Below are positions 23,538 to 27,553 of a DNA stretch of 27,553 nucleotides, piece by piece. The position numbers and the translations under genes are program-made. Each line of letters starts with the position of its first letter. Within the stretch, counting starts at the first letter, position 1. The stretch covers positions 1-27,553 of the forward strand of contig JAUQQN010000006.1 of the NCBI GenBank assembly GCA_030549845.1. The letters are read 5' to 3'. The DNA is from Patescibacteria group bacterium (GTDB lineage: Bacteria > Patescibacteriota > Minisyncoccia > UBA6257 > HR35). The notes beneath the pieces are model-generated. The model did no database searches. It was given only the letters and a program-made list of their open reading frames with translations, and was not told the origin of the DNA.

Positions 23538-23615
23538 AATATTAATTGAAATTACAAAATACCTTAACTTCTTCTCTCCTTTCTCATTTTTCCTCAAAAA
23601 TAAAACTTTCCTAAA

Positions 23616-23642
23616 AATGCTATAGCATTCTAAATTTATAAT
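23616..23642. repeat. inverted 27-bp copy of the 13861/13963 repeat
   Basis: AATGCTATAGCATTCTAAATTTATAAT is the exact reverse complement of the first 27 nt of the 39-bp repeat. Confidence 0.9.
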
Positions 23643-23802
23643 TTAAAAAACAAGCAAAAGAGCGGAGTTAATGATTTGATTTTAACGATAAGATTTAACA
23701 TAATTTAGGTGTTATAAATGTTATAATTTAATATGTAATTTACGATGTTAGAAAGGCCTAAAAAGCCCTCAAAAATTCACTAAAAATTTAGAAAATAACA
23801 TA

Positions 23803-25266
23803 ATGACAAAAATAGAAATTAATTCCCTACCCTCAGAAGTTTTAAATATTTGGAAAAGACTAATCGAAAGTGGTTATGAAGCTTATTTAGTTGGAGGTTG
23901 TATAAGAGATTTATTATTAAATAGAAAACCAAAAGATTGGGATATTACTACAAATGCAAAACCTGAAGAAATTCAAAAGATATTTCCTAATAGTTTTTAC
24001 GAAAATAGATTTTTTACTGTAGGAGTAAAAACAGATTCGAAAGATCCAACTTTAAGCGTCATAGAAATAACAACATTCAGAGAAGAAAGTAAATATTCAG
24101 ATTTCCGACATCCTGATGAAGTAAGATTTGCTGAAAGATTAGAAGATGATTTAAAAAGAAGAGACTTTACCATAAATGCTTTGGCATTGGATATTAATGG
24201 AAATATTATTGACATATTCAACGGTATGAGAGATCTAAAAAATAAATTGATTCGTGCAGTTGGTGATCCTGAAGATAGATTTAAAGAAGATGCCTTAAGA
24301 ATGATGAGAGCTATAAGGTTGGCTTGTGAATTAGATTTTAAAATAGAGATTAATACATTAAAGGCAATAAAAGAAAATGCTTCATTCATACAATTTATTG
24401 CTAAAGAAAGAATAAGAGATGAATTTGTGAAAATAATAATGTCAAAAAATGCTGCAACAGGAATTGAACTTTTGAGAGAGACAGGCCTTTTAATAGAAAT
24501 AATCCCTGAACTGGTTCAGTGCTATAAAGTTGGCCAGAACAAACATCATAAATTTGATGTTTATACCCATTCTTTAAAATCCTTAGAATATGCAGTAAAA
24601 AAGAATTTTCCATTAGAAATAAGATTAGCTGCTCTTTTTCATGACATTGGAAAACCCTTAACTAAACAAGGTGAAGGTCCAGATTGTACTTTTTATAACC
24701 ATGAAATAGTAGGAGCAAAAATTGTAAGAAATATTCTTCAAAGATTAAGATTCCCTAAAAAAATTATTGATAAAGTGTATCATTTAGTAAGACATCATAT
24801 GTTTTATCTTGAAGTTGATAAAGTAACAATGGCGGCAGTAAGAAGGCTTGCACGAAGGCTTGGCATAGAAAACTTGGAAGACTTTTTTAAACTACGAGAG
24901 GCAGACAGAATTGGCTCTGGAGTAGAAAAAGCTGCGCCCTATAGGTTAAGATACTTAAAATATTTAATCCATAAAGCTCAATTAGAACCAATCACTCCCA
25001 AGCAATTAAAAGTAAACGGAAATGATGTAATGGAGATTTTAAGAATTCCTTCAGGACCAAAGGTTGGTTGGGTATTGAAAGCTTTATTGAATGAAGTCAT
25101 AGAAAACCCTCAAAAGAATGATAGAGATTATTTACTAAAGAGAATAGAAGAATTAGGTAGATTAAAAGATGAAGAATTAAAAGCCTTAGCAGAAATTACT
25201 GAAGAAAAAATAAAAGCGATTGAATCAGAAATAGATAGAAAACTAAAGGAACAATTTAGAGTTTAA
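23803..25266 (+). CDS. cca: CCA-adding tRNA nucleotidyltransferase with HD domain
   Basis: YLVGGCIRDLLLNRKPKDWDITT, RRDFTINALA and EDALRMMRAIRLA mark the PolyA-pol/CCA head and neck. LFHDIGKP and RHHM mark the HD domain. The protein is 487 aa. Confidence 0.85.
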   Translation: MTKIEINSLPSEVLNIWKRLIESGYEAYLVGGCIRDLLLNRKPKDWDITTNAKPEEIQKIFPNSFYENRFFTVGVKTDSKDPTLSVIEITTFREESKYSDFRHPDEVRFAERLEDDLKRRDFTINALALDINGNIIDIFNGMRDLKNKLIRAVGDPEDRFKEDALRMMRAIRLACELDFKIEINTLKAIKENASFIQFIAKERIRDEFVKIIMSKNAATGIELLRETGLLIEIIPELVQCYKVGQNKHHKFDVYTHSLKSLEYAVKKNFPLEIRLAALFHDIGKPLTKQGEGPDCTFYNHEIVGAKIVRNILQRLRFPKKIIDKVYHLVRHHMFYLEVDKVTMAAVRRLARRLGIENLEDFFKLREADRIGSGVEKAAPYRLRYLKYLIHKAQLEPITPKQLKVNGNDVMEILRIPSGPKVGWVLKALLNEVIENPQKNDRDYLLKRIEELGRLKDEELKALAEITEEKIKAIESEIDRKLKEQFRV

Positions 25267-25268
25267 AA

Positions 25269-26981
25269 TTAAGATTTCCTTAGTAACCTCTTAAGCGATC
25301 TTAGCAAAATTAAAACCAAAATCAAAATAATAATTCCTGCCACAATAATAGCTAACTGGATGATATTTAGACTTATAAAAGGCATTTTACTCTTCAATTC
25401 AATTGGCATCCCTAGATAATCATTTTCTTTTATTTCAAAAATACTTGATTGATATGGATAATAGCCTTCTTTTTCAACTTTTATAAAATACCTTCCAGGA
25501 GGTACTATAAAAGAATATTCTCCACTTTTATTTGTAATTTGAGGATTTTCTTGATAATAATCCTTAGCAGGCCATAATTCTATTTTTTGATGTTCAGGGT
25601 TTAACCAATAAAGATAAACCAAGGCTCTCTCAATTCTTACTTCCCTACCCCATATCTTTTCATAAACATAACCAGAAGGATCAGCGTATGTAATTAGGCT
25701 TATTTCCTTTGGCGGCTCTTCATAATAACTTACCAATGTTTTAACTTCATATGTGCCTGGTATTTTAGGAATAGTTAAACTTGAAATATATATACCATCT
25801 CTATCTTTGTCATCGTAGTAAAATTCTTTTATTATAAAACCTTCCTGTTTTTTAATAAAATTAAGGCTAACCAAAATATTACCAAATTGTTTTTTAATAA
25901 AATCTATTAAACCAATACTTCTTTTTTCTTTTAAAATTAATTGGCCCCTGATATTTTTTACAGGTCTCGAAGGCTTATAGATAAAATTTAATTCTTCATC
26001 TACTTTGGTATTTAAATTTAAAATAATTTTATCCTCTTTCTCAATTTTTATTTTGATTGGTAAATCTAGGGCTTTTGAAGTAACTATAAGAACATCGTAA
26101 GGAACTTTGTCTTTATAGCTTGTAAAGATTTTAGCAAAAGGAACAGTTTTAGCAATATCAAAAATTTCAGAAATAGTAGGAATAGTTAATATTAATCCTT
26201 TAAATCGCGCTAAGTCGCTCGTTTTTGTAATACCTGTTTCAATTAACTTTTTTCTAAACTTCTCAATCCTTTCAGCTAAAGTTTTTAAAGGCTCAGGTAA
26301 ATATAAGACTGGTTGTAATTCTGATACAATCTCTGGTTGGGGTGTTATAGCTTCTGGAGGTTTAGTAATTCTTATTCCTGGTTTAATAAATTCTTCTGGG
26401 AAGTATATTTCTTCTGTTGGTTTTCCTGAGATCTCTCTTCTACCAAATAAATTTTGTAATGCATTTAATAAAGGCAGAAGGTAAGGCTCAAGATTTATTT
26501 CCTCAGGTGCTTTTTGATATGTGCTTCCTGTAATTTGAAAACCTTCTTCCTTTCTCGTCTCAACAATCTTTCTCCACTGAGTGACAACTTTGCAATTATT
26601 GCAATCAAAATTTATAATTCCACCAGGTCCTCCCAAAATTATTGCATAACCAGAAAATTCACCTGTGTTAGGATTAATCTTTACATTTGAAAAATCTATC
26701 CAACCAACATTTTCTCCCCAAGCATAACCAGATAAATTTCCATTACCATCATTTCTAATCCCACTATTAGTTGGACTTAAATTAATCCAACCATAATTTT
26801 CACTCCATGCATAACCTGTTAACTTATCATTAAAAACTTGTACATTTCCATAAGTAGGATTAAAATTTACCCAACCAAGTGTATCAGACCATGCAAATTT
26901 ATAATTTACATCCATGCCAGCAGAAAAAACAAAATGCGGTAAAGATATTAAAATTAAAAAAACAATAATTCTGACTTTCAT
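25269..26981 (-). CDS. secreted, C-terminally anchored surface protein with GYAWxENxGWINF repeats and a CarboxypepD_reg-like beta-sandwich
   Basis: A signal peptide (MKVRIIVFLILISLPHFVFSAG) is followed by four ~28-aa repeats: KFAWSDTLGWVNF, GYAWSENYGWINL, GYAWGENVGWIDF and GYAIILGGPGGIINF. The C-terminal KSGEYSFIVPPGRYFIKVEKEGYYPY is followed by a TM helix and a basic tail. Confidence 0.75.
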   Translation of the reverse strand: MKVRIIVFLILISLPHFVFSAGMDVNYKFAWSDTLGWVNFNPTYGNVQVFNDKLTGYAWSENYGWINLSPTNSGIRNDGNGNLSGYAWGENVGWIDFSNVKINPNTGEFSGYAIILGGPGGIINFDCNNCKVVTQWRKIVETRKEEGFQITGSTYQKAPEEINLEPYLLPLLNALQNLFGRREISGKPTEEIYFPEEFIKPGIRITKPPEAITPQPEIVSELQPVLYLPEPLKTLAERIEKFRKKLIETGITKTSDLARFKGLILTIPTISEIFDIAKTVPFAKIFTSYKDKVPYDVLIVTSKALDLPIKIKIEKEDKIILNLNTKVDEELNFIYKPSRPVKNIRGQLILKEKRSIGLIDFIKKQFGNILVSLNFIKKQEGFIIKEFYYDDKDRDGIYISSLTIPKIPGTYEVKTLVSYYEEPPKEISLITYADPSGYVYEKIWGREVRIERALVYLYWLNPEHQKIELWPAKDYYQENPQITNKSGEYSFIVPPGRYFIKVEKEGYYPYQSSIFEIKENDYLGMPIELKSKMPFISLNIIQLAIIVAGIIILILVLILLRSLKRLLRKS

Positions 26982-27011
26982 TTAAAAATTTTAACTAAAA
27001 ATTTTAAATTA

Positions 27012-27553
27012 TTAATTCCCCAAATTCTGTAAACTAGAATTTTCGGAATTTCCATTTGACTCTCCAGGTTGATTACTTTGATTAATATTTTCTTCTGAAA
27101 AATTGCTACCCTCACCATTTGTTTCTGAACTAGTTGATATCTCGTTATTTGGTACAGAACTTTCCAATGAACTTGTTGAAGACGAATTACTACTTGAACC
27201 AAAAGAATTATTCTCAGCATTATTTATACTTTGATTAACTACATTAGAATTTTGGGAATTTTCACAATTTCCTTTTTTCTTTACAAACTCTCCATTTTCT
27301 AACCATACACAATAAATTTCTCCAGTAATTTTATCTTTCATTTCAAATTGCTCTAGATTCTTTATATTTTTAACATATAAATCATTCTCTATTACTACTT
27401 CTTTAACAAACAATCTCTCAACAACTAAATCTTTAACATAATTAATAATATTTACTGTAGAGCTTGCTAAATTACTAATTTTATTTGCTAAACTTTTGAC
27501 TGAAGAACCTATAAATGATATGAATTTATAGAGGTTGATAGATTTTCCATTAT
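27012..27553 (-). CDS. Ser/Asn-rich low-complexity protein, C-terminal part (gene runs off the right edge)
   Basis: The frame of track ORF 27012..27413 stays open upstream to the window end (...NGKSINLYKFISFIGSSVKSLANKISNLASSTVNIINYVKDLVVERL-FVKEVV...). The TTG at 27413 is therefore probably internal. The C-terminal tail is N/S/G-rich. Confidence 0.55.
   Translation of the reverse strand, partial: NGKSINLYKFISFIGSSVKSLANKISNLASSTVNIINYVKDLVVERLFVKEVVIENDLYVKNIKNLEQFEMKDKITGEIYCVWLENGEFVKKKGNCENSQNSNVVNQSINNAENNSFGSSSNSSSTSSLESSVPNNEISTSSETNGEGSNFSEENINQSNQPGESNGNSENSSLQNLGN

Noticed and set aside
26978-27220. 80-aa minus-strand ORF overlapping the Ser/Asn-rich gene.
   Set aside because: It overlaps almost entirely, in another frame, the longer ORF that stays open to the window end. 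It has no start context and would overlap the downstream gene start, so it is likely spurious.
1-27553. Alternative genetic code (code 25/4, UGA sense), as in some CPR lineages.
   Set aside because: Long ORFs are intact under the standard code. At least two genes (6670..7968 and lemA) end cleanly at TGA at sensible positions. Recognisable proteins are not broken by in-frame TGA.

Overview
The window is 27.5 kb of very AT-rich, tightly packed bacterial chromosome. Hand counts of host-gene samples give about 22-31% GC. The standard genetic code fits, with long ORFs ending mostly in TAA. The gene content is reduced and housekeeping: compact enolase, archaeal-type PGI/PMI, class II FBA, RsmI, KsgA, ThiI, CCA-adding enzyme, HtpX, LemA, a P-type ATPase, a Kef-type antiporter and a LysM-M23 peptidase. 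There are also several large orphan proteins and a surface protein with GYAWxENxGWINF repeats. By inference this resembles a Candidate Phyla Radiation/Patescibacteria-like genome. Two tRNAs are present, Arg-GCG on the minus strand and Gly-CCC on the plus strand, and neither encodes its CCA end.

The most unusual signal lies between about 15.2 and 23.5 kb. Host genes there have no Shine-Dalgarno sequence, often look leaderless, and lack intrinsic terminators. Six tiny, noticeably GC-richer gene cassettes (about 40-45% GC by hand count) are interspersed among them. Each cassette has a -10-like box, a near-perfect long SD (AAAGGAGGTGA) 6-8 nt from the start codon, and G/C-ending codons, and five of the six end in a GC-rich hairpin plus T-run. 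They encode three zinc-ribbon mini-proteins, a C-terminally aberrant acyl-carrier-protein-like ORF, a 71-aa Trp-rich membrane protein and a 27-aa hydrophobic peptide.

The region holding all six cassettes is bracketed by a 27-bp sequence with a 14-bp palindromic core. It occurs twice as an identical 39-mer at 13.86-14.0 kb and once, inverted, at 23.62 kb.

Other oddities:
- The M23 peptidase ORF carries its membrane anchor and LysM domain upstream of any canonical start codon, so an AUU start or an error is likely.
- The ORF-track call for the 998-aa protein runs through the tRNA-Arg gene.
- A DOT1-like methyltransferase overlaps the end of eno.
- A possible homopolymer frameshift lies next to tRNA-Gly.
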